The position numbers and the translations under genes were made by a program. 64,000 nucleotides of DNA, from positions 18,850 through 82,849 of the forward strand of contig CAWADL010000024.1 of the NCBI GenBank assembly GCA_963780825.1. Direction: 5' to 3'. This stretch comes from an uncultured Pseudomonadota bacterium. Lineage in GTDB: Bacteria > Pseudomonadota > Alphaproteobacteria > Rhizobiales > Beijerinckiaceae. Shown in pieces: positions 54,837 through 63,371 of this stretch (the first letter of the stretch is position 1; every line of letters starts with the position of its first letter). The notes under the pieces are model-generated. The model made no database searches and was not told where the DNA came from. It worked only from the letters and a program-made list of their open reading frames with translations.

Positions 54837-55610
54837 ATGAAAACGGGACACGCGCGCGACAGCGCACCACGGCGCGGGCCATCGGGAGGAGGATCTGTCG
54901 TCCGAATCTACGGCTTCCACGCTGTCTCGGCAGCGTTGAACGCCCCACGTCGGACACTGGTGCGCCTCTACGCGACGCCGGCGGCCGCGGAACGTTTGTC
55001 AGAAGCCATCAAGCGGCGCGGAGTGGAGATGCGCGTCGTCCCCGCCGAGGACATTGCCGCGCGGCTCCCCCGAGACGCGGTTCACCAAGGGCTGCTGCTG
55101 GAGGCCGAGCCGCTCGCGCCGCTAGACATCAGCGACCTGCCTGCGAAGGGGCTAGTCGTGGTGCTCGACCAGATCACCGACCCGCACAACGTTGGCGCGA
55201 TCCTGCGCAGTTCAGCGGCTTTCGCCGTGGACGCGCTGGTGACGACGGAGCGGCATTCTCCAGAATTTTCCCTCGCGCTCGCCAAGTCCGCGAGTGGCGG
55301 CCTGGAGCACGTGCCGCTTTGCTCGGTCACCAACCTAGCACGCGCCATGGAGCAACTCGGCGATCTCGGTTACTGGCGCGTCGGCCTCGATAGCGAGGCG
55401 CCGGCCGTTTTGGGCGAGCAGCCGCTTAGCCGGCCCTTGGCGCTCGTGCTGGGCGCGGAGGACAAAGGGCTCCGACGGCTGACGCGGGAAAACTGCGACC
55501 AGCTGGCGCGGCTCGATCTCCCCGGCGCCATCAAAAGCCTCAACGTCTCCAACGCTTGCGCGATCGCGCTGGCGCTGACGAGCAAAGCGCTGGCTGTAAC
55601 CGCCAAGTAG
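54837..55610 (+). CDS. rlmB: 23S rRNA 2'-O-methyltransferase (TrmH/SpoU family)
   Basis: YGFHAV, HQG, LDQITDPHNVGAILRS, LGAEDKGLR, SLNVSNA. Confidence 0.88.
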   Translation: MKTGHARDSAPRRGPSGGGSVVRIYGFHAVSAALNAPRRTLVRLYATPAAAERLSEAIKRRGVEMRVVPAEDIAARLPRDAVHQGLLLEAEPLAPLDISDLPAKGLVVVLDQITDPHNVGAILRSSAAFAVDALVTTERHSPEFSLALAKSASGGLEHVPLCSVTNLARAMEQLGDLGYWRVGLDSEAPAVLGEQPLSRPLALVLGAEDKGLRRLTRENCDQLARLDLPGAIKSLNVSNACAIALALTSKALAVTAK

Positions 55611-55699
55611 GCGCTGTAGCCGTGGTCGCTGACCGCGGTCTCCCCGTGATCGGCTCTTTCCGGCAAGGCGCGATCGCTTGACCACCGCGGTCAACGACC

Positions 55700-55904
55700 C
55701 ATAGGCGCTACCTTATAGATTGCCGATTTATTTCAAAGGTTTGATGTCATCCCCGCGAAAGCGGGGATCCAGGGCTGCCGCACGTCGTGTGGCCAACACG
55801 TTGAAGCGCACGTCGTGTGGCCCCTGGATCCCCGCTTTCGCGGGGATGACATGCTTGCAAGTTATTCAATATTTTAGGAAATTTGTACTAGAGTAGCGCA
55901 TATG
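55700..55904. mobile_element. MITE type D, copy 2 (inverted relative to copies 1 and 4)
   Basis: Ends CATAGGCGCTACC / AGTAGCGCATATG; same internal hairpin as copy 1. Confidence 0.88.
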
Positions 55905-55981
55905 GGTCGCTGACCGCGGTCTCCCCGTGATCGGCTCTTTCCCGGCAAGGCGCGATCGCTTGACCACCGCGGTCAACGACC

Positions 55982-56188
55982 CATAGGCGATACCTTATAG
56001 ATTGCCGATTTATTTCAAAGGTTTGATGTCATCCCCGCGAAAGCGGGGATCCAGGGCTGCCGCACGTCGTGTGGCCCACACGTTGAAGCGCACGTCGTGT
56101 GGCCCCTGGATCCCCGCTTTCGCGGGGATGACATGCTGGCAAGTTATTGAATATTATTAGGAAATTTGCTACTAGATTAGCGCATATG
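55982..56188. mobile_element. MITE type D, copy 3
   Basis: Ends CATAGGCGATACC / ATTAGCGCATATG; flanked by GGTCAACGACC on both sides (55971-55981 and 56189-56199). Confidence 0.88.
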
Positions 56189-56231
56189 GGTCAACGACCG
56201 CGGCTACAGGCGCCGGAGATGACCGCGCCGA

Positions 56232-57929
56232 CTACTTGAACGCGGTCGGGACGTCCTTGGGATAGTTGAGGTCGTAGGTCTTGTTGAGCAGCGGGTCGAG
56301 CCGAGTGCCCTCGGATGCGTCGAACGCGCGCGGACGGCCGTTCAGCACTGTCGTCCGCCCCTGCGGCGGCTGAGCGGCAGAGGCGACCGTCGCGTCGACG
56401 AACATTCCGTTGCCGTAACGGGCCTCGCGCGCGCGCAAATCGGCGAGCGCGGCGGAAGACAGCGGCGCCGAACCTGCTGGGCCAGGCGACGCCGGCGCGG
56501 CGCCTGCGTATGCCTCGGCCGACGGCGGCAGGGCGTCGTCCGACCCCGGCGAAGGATCGTTGACCCCTTCCACTACGGCGATCTCTTCGATCGACTTGGC
56601 GACGCTCAGCTTGGCCGCCGAAAGACTGCCGCCAACTCCCACCAGCGCATCCATCTGCCGCTTAGAATTGGCGATCTTGGTGAGTTTAGCGGCGAGCGCC
56701 GGATCCGTGGCCGCCGCCGGCCCGGCTGGACCCAGATCGCCGTAAAGAGAGGAATTGTCGCGGTAATTCTCGCCGCGGATATTTGCAGGAGGCGCGATAT
56801 CAGGGCTGACCCGGTCCTTCGCGTCTTTCGCGTCCTTTTCGATCTGCCGCCAGTGGGCGACGTTCTTGGCGTGCTGATCGATCGTCTCGGCGAACGCATG
56901 GCCGCCGGTCCCATCAGCTACGAAAAACAGATCCTTGGTGCGCGCGGGATTGGCGACCGCCTCCATCGCCGCGCGACCGGGATTGCAGATCGGTCCCGGC
57001 GGCAGGCCGTCGATCGAATAGGTGTTGTAGGGCGTCGCCTCCTGCAACTCCGCCTTGGTGATCGAGTGCCCAAGCGTCCCCTTGCCGAACATCAAGCCGT
57101 AGACGATCGTCGGATCCGACTGCAGCCGCATGTGCTTCTGCAGCCGGTTGACGAAAACGCCGGCGACCTTGAAGCGCTCTTCGGCCTTGCCAGTTTCCTT
57201 CTCGACGATCGAAGCGAGCGTCACCAATTCGCCTGACGATTTGATCGGCAGGTCGGACGACCGCTTCTGCCAGATTTCGTTGACGATCCGCTTTTGCTCG
57301 ACGCCCATGTGATCGAGCAGCGCCTGCCGCGATTCGCCGCGCTCAAACACATACGTGTCCGGGAATAGCGACCCTTCGCGCGGCGTCTCCTTGATGTCGC
57401 CGGAAAGCAGCTCGTCGTCGCGCAGCCGCTGCACGATCTGTTCGCTGGTCAGGCCTTCGGGCACCGAAAGCTTGTGGCGCACCACCCTGTGGTGCGCGAG
57501 CATGTCCTCGACTTCGCGCATGCTGAGGCCAGCCTTGAACGCATATTCGCCGCGCTTCAGCGCGCTCCGTTGGCCGTCGAGCACGGTCATCAGATAGAAC
57601 AGCGTCGAATTCTCGATCACGCCGGCTTTTTCGAGCTGATCGGCGATAGGCCCGTCGTCGTCTTCGCGGGTGAGCAAGACGGTCTTGTCCTCCGTCAGCG
57701 GCCCGGTTTTGCGCTCCGCGACCAGCACCCCGACAAACCCGGCCAAGCCGACAAATACGCCGACCAGCACGAACGACAGCACGCCGCTAAGGCTCGCCAG
57801 GCCGGGGCGGCGGGGGCGCTTCTTTTTCGGCTCGCGCGGCGGCGTAGGGGTGGCCGGCTTCCGTGCACGCGAAAACAGGCTCGCCCGCACGGGCTCGCTG
57901 TCGCCAGGGGGGTGCGCTTTATCGTCCAT
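56232..57929 (-). CDS. mltG: Endolytic transglycosylase MltG with C-terminal low-complexity extension
   Basis: VPEG, EGSLFPDTY, LASIVEKET, LQSDPT, YNTY..GLPPGPICNPG, FFVADGTGGHAF. Confidence 0.92.
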   Translation of the reverse strand: MDDKAHPPGDSEPVRASLFSRARKPATPTPPREPKKKRPRRPGLASLSGVLSFVLVGVFVGLAGFVGVLVAERKTGPLTEDKTVLLTREDDDGPIADQLEKAGVIENSTLFYLMTVLDGQRSALKRGEYAFKAGLSMREVEDMLAHHRVVRHKLSVPEGLTSEQIVQRLRDDELLSGDIKETPREGSLFPDTYVFERGESRQALLDHMGVEQKRIVNEIWQKRSSDLPIKSSGELVTLASIVEKETGKAEERFKVAGVFVNRLQKHMRLQSDPTIVYGLMFGKGTLGHSITKAELQEATPYNTYSIDGLPPGPICNPGRAAMEAVANPARTKDLFFVADGTGGHAFAETIDQHAKNVAHWRQIEKDAKDAKDRVSPDIAPPANIRGENYRDNSSLYGDLGPAGPAAATDPALAAKLTKIANSKRQMDALVGVGGSLSAAKLSVAKSIEEIAVVEGVNDPSPGSDDALPPSAEAYAGAAPASPGPAGSAPLSSAALADLRAREARYGNGMFVDATVASAAQPPQGRTTVLNGRPRAFDASEGTRLDPLLNKTYDLNYPKDVPTAFK

Positions 57930-58025
57930 TCACTCAGTCCGCCCGCGTGACAAGCGGGGCTGCCCCAGTCGCCGCAGCATCGAAACCACGCGCGGCGAAA
58001 TTATGTCGTCCGCCGCGCGAGCGCG

Positions 58026-59285
58026 TCACTCCGCCCTGCGGAAGATCACGGAAGCATTGGTGCCGCCGAAACCGAACGAATTGGATAGTGCAGTATCGAT
58101 CTGGCGATGCTTGGCGACCAGCGGCACCAGATCCATCGCGGTCTCGACCGAGGGGTTTTCCAGATTCAGGGTCGGCGGCGCGACGCCGTCGCGAATCGCC
58201 AGGATCGAGAAGATCGCCTCCACCGCGCCAGCCGCGCCGAGGAGATGACCTATCGCGGATTTGGTCGAAGACATCGAAATCGTCGCCGCGGCATTGCCGA
58301 CCAGCCGCTCGATCGCGCGCAATTCGATCTCGTCGCCCATCGGCGTCGAAGTGCCGTGCGCGTTGACGTAGTCTATGTCCTTGGGTGTCAGCCCGGCCCG
58401 CTTCAGCGCCGCCGCCATCGCGCGATAGGCGCCGTCGCCGTCCGGCGAGGGCGCCGTGATGTGGTAGGCGTCGCCGGAAAGCCCGTAGCCGATGATTTCG
58501 GCATAGATCTTCGCGCCGCGCGCGCGGGCGTGTTCGTAGCTCTCCAGCACCACGCAGCCGGCGCCTTCGCCCATCACAAAACCGTCGCGGTCGCGGTCGT
58601 ACGGGCGCGAAGCGCGCTTCGGCGTCTCGTTGAAACCTGTGGAAAGCGCTTTGCAGGAGCAGAAGCCGGCGAGCGCCAGCCGATTGACCGGCGATTCGGC
58701 GCCGCCGGCGACCATCACCTCGGCGTCGTCGAGCGCGATCAGCCTCGCGGCGTCGCCGATGGCGTGCGCGCCGGTCGAACAGGCGGTCACCACCGCGTGG
58801 TTCGGGCCTTTGAGGCCGTGGCGAATCGAAACGTGGCCGCCCGCCAGATTGATCAGGCTGCCGGGGATGAAGAACGGCGAGACGCGGCGCGGGCCCTTCT
58901 CATGCAGCGTCACCGCGGTCTCCGCGATGCCCTGCAGGCCGCCGATCCCCGAGCCGATCAGCACGCCGGTGGAGATCTGCTCCTCGTAGGTTTTCGGCGC
59001 CCAATTCGCATCGGCGAGCGCCTGGGTGGCGGCCGACATGGCGTAGATGATGAAGTCGTCGACCCGCCGCTGCTCTTTCGGCTCCATCCAATCGTCAGGA
59101 TGGAAAGCATCGGGGGCGCCGCCGCGCGGCACAGTGGCCGCGATCTTGCAAGGTAGATCGGAGACATCGAAGGTCTCGATCCGCGACGCCGCCGCTTCGC
59201 CGCCGACCAACCGCTTCCAGGTGGCTTCGGCGCCGCAGGCCAACGGCGAAACCATGCCGATGCCTGTCACCACGACCCGCTTCAT
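58026..59285 (-). CDS. fabF: 3-oxoacyl-ACP synthase II
   Basis: TACSTG, GFVMGEGAG, NAHGTST, GHLLGAAG, SNSFGFGGTN. Confidence 0.96.
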   Translation of the reverse strand: MKRVVVTGIGMVSPLACGAEATWKRLVGGEAAASRIETFDVSDLPCKIAATVPRGGAPDAFHPDDWMEPKEQRRVDDFIIYAMSAATQALADANWAPKTYEEQISTGVLIGSGIGGLQGIAETAVTLHEKGPRRVSPFFIPGSLINLAGGHVSIRHGLKGPNHAVVTACSTGAHAIGDAARLIALDDAEVMVAGGAESPVNRLALAGFCSCKALSTGFNETPKRASRPYDRDRDGFVMGEGAGCVVLESYEHARARGAKIYAEIIGYGLSGDAYHITAPSPDGDGAYRAMAAALKRAGLTPKDIDYVNAHGTSTPMGDEIELRAIERLVGNAAATISMSSTKSAIGHLLGAAGAVEAIFSILAIRDGVAPPTLNLENPSVETAMDLVPLVAKHRQIDTALSNSFGFGGTNASVIFRRAE

Positions 59286-59391
59286 CTAAAACCCTCGATC
59301 CCGGCCGCTTCGCTCTCCTCCGGAGTCGCGACGCATCGTTGCGCGGCCTATGCAACGCGGGCCGGACATTTGCCGGCCCTTCGCAAGCGCG

Positions 59392-59637
59392 TCACTTAGC
59401 CGCGGTAGACGCCTTCTCGAGGAATTTTACCGCGTCGCCGACGGTCGTGATCGTCTCGGCCTGATCGTCGGGGATTTCGACGCCGAACTCCTCTTCGAAG
59501 GCCATCACGAGCTCGACCGTATCAAGCGAGTCAGCGCCGAGATCGTCGATGAAATTGGCGGATTCCACTACCTTGTCCGCATCGACGCCGAGGTGCTCGA
59601 CGACGATCTTTTTCACGCGTTCTGCGACATCGCTCAT
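59392..59637 (-). CDS. acpP: Acyl carrier protein
   Basis: [20 protein letters not shown]. Confidence 0.97.
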   Translation of the reverse strand: MSDVAERVKKIVVEHLGVDADKVVESANFIDDLGADSLDTVELVMAFEEEFGVEIPDDQAETITTVGDAVKFLEKASTAAK

Positions 59638-59850
59638 ATCTTAATCCCCGATGTGGCCAAGTCATCCCTCGGCCATGTTTGCTGTTTATACGCTCGGGCG
59701 AAGATGAACGACGCCCAGGTTACGCCGAAGAATACGCTCCGATCTGCAACCCGCCGAGCGGCTGAACCCCCAGGAATTCCGCGGCCGGTCGTTATCGAGG
59801 CGGCTCGATAGCATATTGGTTACGATAATGCGAGGGGCGGCCCCTTGCGC

Positions 59851-60588
59851 TCAGATCATCGCCATGCCGCCATTGATGTGTAGCGTTTGGCCGGTGACAT
59901 AGGCCGCCTCGGCGCTGGCGAGGTAGACCGCCGCGGCGCCGATGTCGGCGCCCGATCCCAGCTTTCCAACGGGCACATTGGCGAGAATCGCCTCCCGCTG
60001 CTTGTCGTTGAGGGCGTCGGTCATCGGGCTGGTGATGAAGCCCGGCGCGATGCAGTTGACGGTGATGCCCCGGCTCGCGACTTCCTGCGCCAGCGCCTTC
60101 GACATGCCGATCATGCCGGCCTTGGCCGCCGCATAGTTGCCCTGGCCGGGGTTGCCGGTGACCCCGACGATCGAGGTTATGCCGATGATTCGCCCGTGAC
60201 GGCGCTTCATCATACCCTTGAGGCACGCGCGGGACAGTCGGAAAGCGGCGGTCAGATTGACGGCGATGACGGCGTCCCACTCGGAGTCCTTCATGCGCAT
60301 GAACAGGTTGTCGCGGGTGACGCCGGCGTTGTTGACGAGAATGTCCAGCCCACCCATGGCGGCTTCGGCCGAGGGAATGAGAGCTTCGACGGCGGCGGAG
60401 TCGCCGAGGTCGCAGGGGAGAACGTGAGTGCGCTCGCCCAGCTCGGCGGCCAGCTGCTCGAGCGCCTCGCGGCGCGTGCCGGAAAGCGCGACGGTCGCGC
60501 CCTGGCCGTGCAGCGCCCGGGCGATCGCTCCGCCGAGGCCGCCCGAGGCGCCGGTAACGAGCGCGGATTTGCCGGTGAGATCGAACAT
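59851..60588 (-). CDS. fabG: 3-oxoacyl-ACP reductase
   Basis: TGASGGLG, NNAGVTRDNL, GNPGQGNYAAAK. Confidence 0.95.
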   Translation of the reverse strand: MFDLTGKSALVTGASGGLGGAIARALHGQGATVALSGTRREALEQLAAELGERTHVLPCDLGDSAAVEALIPSAEAAMGGLDILVNNAGVTRDNLFMRMKDSEWDAVIAVNLTAAFRLSRACLKGMMKRRHGRIIGITSIVGVTGNPGQGNYAAAKAGMIGMSKALAQEVASRGITVNCIAPGFITSPMTDALNDKQREAILANVPVGKLGSGADIGAAAVYLASAEAAYVTGQTLHINGGMAMI

Positions 60589-60605
60589 ATGGCTCCTAAG
60601 CAGTT

Positions 60606-60674
60606 GGAGCGTCGGCGTCCACGCCGACGACGCGTCGTGCGCCCGAAGCTCGTCGGCCTGGAGGCCGACGCTCC
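60606..60674. repeat. REP-like doublet, family C, between fabD and fabG
   Basis: GGAGCGTCGGCGTCCACGCCGAC...GTCGGCCTGGAGGCCGACGCTCC. Confidence 0.88.
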
Positions 60675-60676
60675 GA

Positions 60677-61630
60677 TCAGCGCGCCGCCTTGAACGCTTC
60701 GACGTCGGCAGGCGTGCCGACGCTGATTGCGCTGGTCCCTTCCGCGATTCGCTTGACCAGTCCAGCCAGCACCTTGCCCGCGCCGACCTCGACGAATCGC
60801 TGAACACCTTCGCGCGCCATATAGGCCACGCTCTCCCGCCAGCGAACGGTTCCCGTGACTTGCGCGACCAGGCTCTCGCGGATCGCGTCCGGATCCGTCA
60901 GCGCCGTCGCGCTGACATTGGCCACCAGCGGCGCTTTCGGGGCGACGATTCGCGTCTCCGCGAGCGCCTTCGCCATAACTTCGGCGGCGGGCGTCATCAG
61001 CGCGCAATGGAAAGGCGCGGAGACCGCGAGCGGCAGCGCGCGTTTGGCGCCGGCTTGTTTGGCGAGCTCCATCGCCCGCTCGACCGCCGCCTTCGTGCCG
61101 GAGATCACGACCTGGCCGCCGCCATTGTCGTTGGCCGCCTCGCAGATCGCGCCGGTGAGATAGAGGTCGCGCGCGGCGGTATGCGCAATCAGCGAGACTT
61201 TCTCGAAGTCCAGCCCGAGGATCGCCGCCATCGCGCCTTCGCCCGCGGGAACCGCCTGCTGCATCGCCTGCCCGCGCAACCGCAACAGCCGCGCCGTGTC
61301 GGCGAGCGTCAGTGACCCGGCGGCGCAGAGTGCGGAATATTCGCCGAGGGAGTGACCGGCCACGAAAGCCATGCTGGCGACATCAAGCCCGGCTTCGCTT
61401 TCCAACGCCCGCAGCGCCGCTATGCTGGTCGCCATCAGCGCCGGCTGCGCGTTGGCGGTCAGCGTCAGCTCCGCTTCGGGGCCTTCGAACACGAGTTTCG
61501 AGAAATTCTCGCCGAGCGCCGCATCGACCTCCGCGAATACGGCGCGAGAGGCGGGGAAAGCCTCGGCGAGCGCCTTGCCCATGCCGACGGCCTGCGAGCC
61601 TTGGCCCGGAAACACAAGGGCGGTCTTCAA
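60677..61630 (-). CDS. fabD: Malonyl-CoA:ACP transacylase
   Basis: FPGQGSQ, GHSLGEY and VSAPFHC motifs; probable TTG start at 61630. Confidence 0.94.
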   Translation of the reverse strand: MKTALVFPGQGSQAVGMGKALAEAFPASRAVFAEVDAALGENFSKLVFEGPEAELTLTANAQPALMATSIAALRALESEAGLDVASMAFVAGHSLGEYSALCAAGSLTLADTARLLRLRGQAMQQAVPAGEGAMAAILGLDFEKVSLIAHTAARDLYLTGAICEAANDNGGGQVVISGTKAAVERAMELAKQAGAKRALPLAVSAPFHCALMTPAAEVMAKALAETRIVAPKAPLVANVSATALTDPDAIRESLVAQVTGTVRWRESVAYMAREGVQRFVEVGAGKVLAGLVKRIAEGTSAISVGTPADVEAFKAAR

Positions 61631-61841
61631 GCCCAAAACTCCCTGAGCCGGCGAACCCCGGCCCTCTTGATTGTGGGCGCGGCTCAAACACCGCGCGCGC
61701 AAAACTGTCAACCCGCGCTGGTTGACGGCGACGGAAATCGCGCTATAAGCCCCGCGGAAACAGGCTGGGCGCGTCCCGGCCTGATGTATTTTGGCGCCGT
61801 GTCGACTTATTCGCATCGTCGCTTTGAGAGGACATCTATTT

Positions 61842-62108
61842 ATGGCGAATACGAAGTCGGCGCAAAAGGCTGTCCGCAAGATCGAGCGCCGCACGGCCGT
61901 CAACAAGTCGCGCCGCAGCCAGATGCGCACCTATGTGCGCAAGGTCGAGGCCGCCATCGAGGCCAAGGACGCCGCCGGCGCCGCCGAAGCGCTGAAGACC
62001 GCCGAGCCGTTGCTCGCCCGCGCCGCGCAGAAGGGCATCGTCCATCGCAATGCGGCCTCGCGGAAGATTTCGCGCCTGACCAAGCGGGTCAAGTCGCTCG
62101 CCGGCTGA
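61842..62108 (+). CDS. rpsT: 30S ribosomal protein S20
   Basis: [12 protein letters not shown]...[16 protein letters not shown]. Confidence 0.96.
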   Translation: MANTKSAQKAVRKIERRTAVNKSRRSQMRTYVRKVEAAIEAKDAAGAAEALKTAEPLLARAAQKGIVHRNAASRKISRLTKRVKSLAG

Positions 62109-62109
62109 G

Positions 62110-62361
62110 ATGTCCGAGACACCGCCGGATCGGCTCTCGGTCGATCCTACCAGCCAATATTACGACGAAGCGGCGCTGCGGCGCGGCGTCGGCATCCGCT
62201 TCAAGGGCAAGGAGCGGTTCGACGTCGAGGAATATTGCCTCAGCGAAAACTGGATCCGCGCCCCCGTCGGCAAGACGCGCGATCGCAAGGGCAATTTGCT
62301 GACGGTCAGGTTGACCGGCGAGGTCGAGGCGTACTTTTCCACGCCGGCGGAGCCGGAGTGA
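62110..62361 (+). CDS. DUF3297-family protein
   Basis: PPDRLSVDP.S.YYD...GVGIRFKGKER.DVEEYC.SE.WIR. Confidence 0.8.
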   Translation: MSETPPDRLSVDPTSQYYDEAALRRGVGIRFKGKERFDVEEYCLSENWIRAPVGKTRDRKGNLLTVRLTGEVEAYFSTPAEPE

Positions 62362-62381
62362 GATTTCCGCGCAGGCGCCCC

Positions 62382-62690
62382 TGTAGCCGCGGTCGCCGAC
62401 CGCGGTCCCGCCGAGATCGTCCTTATCGAGATTGCGACGAGCGCACGACGACCGCGGTCAACGACCCATAGGCGCTAACCCAGGGCAATTTCCGATAATA
62501 TTGAATAACTTGCCAGCATGTCATCCCCGCGAAAGCGGGGATCCAGGGGCCACACGACGTGCGCTTCAACGTGTTGGCCACACGACGTGCGGTAGCCCTG
62601 GATCCCCGCTTTCGCGGGGATGACATCAAGTCTTTGAAATAAATCGGCAATCTATAAGTTAGCGCCTATGGGTCAACGACCGCGGCTACA
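62382..62690. repeat. GTAG-type REP doublet (family E) hosting a MITE
   Basis: TGTAGCCGCGGTCGCCGACCGCGG...CCGCGGTCAACGACC[MITE]GGTCAACGACCGCGGCTACA. Confidence 0.87.
62467..62670. mobile_element. MITE type D, copy 4 (best conserved)
   Basis: Perfect 13-bp TIR CATAGGCGCTAAC / GTTAGCGCCTATG; 11-bp duplication GGTCAACGACC (62456-62466 and 62671-62681); 204 bp. Confidence 0.92.
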
Positions 62691-62698
62691 TGGCGCCC

Positions 62699-63202
62699 TC
62701 ACAATAGTTTGTCGGTAAACCCGCAGGCGCCTTCCACGGTGAGCTGCTGCGCGGTGCCGGGGGTGAGCCAGATGAACCAGGTCGCGTCATCGGCGACGCC
62801 CGTGGCGGGCGCGCCTCCCCAAGTTTGCAAGCGCTTAAGCGCTGCGACGGTCTGAGGCCCCATGACGCCGTCGACCGCGCCCGTGTAGGCGGCGAATTCG
62901 ATCACGATCGCCGAGCCGTTCAGCACCCGCTGCAAGAAGGCGACGCCCGGGCCGGTCGAGCCACTCTCCAAGGTCGGTGAAGCTTCGCGATAGGCGGGCA
63001 ACTTCGCCCACGTCGCCGGTCCGACGACGCCGTCTTGCGTGAGGCCATTGCTTTGCTGGAAGGCTTTGACGCTGGTCTCCAGCGAGGCGTCGAACACGCC
63101 GGTGATGGGGCCGAACGGGTTCCAAAGCAGGTGGCGAGCGAGGACGCGCTGAAGGCGCTTGACGTCGTCGCCTGTCGAACCGGGACCGATGGTTGCGGGC
63201 AT
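62699..63202 (-). CDS. Protein with two peptidoglycan-binding (PG_binding_1) domains
   Basis: GSTGDDVKRLQ..L...VKAFQQSNGL..DGVVGPATW, then a second GSTGPGVAFLQ...DGVMGPQT; GGAG RBS. Confidence 0.8.
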   Translation of the reverse strand: MPATIGPGSTGDDVKRLQRVLARHLLWNPFGPITGVFDASLETSVKAFQQSNGLTQDGVVGPATWAKLPAYREASPTLESGSTGPGVAFLQRVLNGSAIVIEFAAYTGAVDGVMGPQTVAALKRLQTWGGAPATGVADDATWFIWLTPGTAQQLTVEGACGFTDKLL

Positions 63203-63309
63203 GGGCGGTCTCCTCGGAGGTTGTTTGTTTGGCGCGCGAAGGCCATTGCAATCGACCTGCGGGAATATCGCAAGATTATATTTGCCGCCTACTTCGGAAG
63301 CAGCGCCCC

Positions 63310-63364
63310 CTGGGACCGCGGGCGTCCCGCACGCTCTTTCGTGCCCAAGAGCGCGCGGTCCCAG
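63310..63364. repeat. REP-like doublet, family G
   Basis: CTGGGACCGCGGGCGTCCCGC...GCGCGCGGTCCCAG. Confidence 0.8.
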
Positions 63365-63371
63365 GGGCGCG

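Larger units (their letters stand above)
55615..56208. repeat. Family E REP containing a tandem duplication of a ~282-bp (REP core + MITE) unit
   Basis: TGTAGCCGT-GGTCGCTGACC-loop-GGTCAACGACC-MITE-GGTCGCTGACC-loop-GGTCAACGACC-MITE-GGTCAACGACC-GCGGCTACA. Confidence 0.9.

Noticed and set aside
55615-56208. CRISPR array
   Set aside because: Only two ~282-bp near-identical units, no unique spacers and no cas genes.
59640-59850. Possible sRNA between fabG and acpP
   Set aside because: No recognisable RNA family or strong terminator; adequately explained as the acpP promoter and leader.
62423-62650. Small ORFs across MITE/REP copies (also 36443-36709, 39759-39989, 53196-53405)
   Set aside because: Chance translations of GC-rich palindromes; no RBS or protein motifs, and far too short for a transposase.
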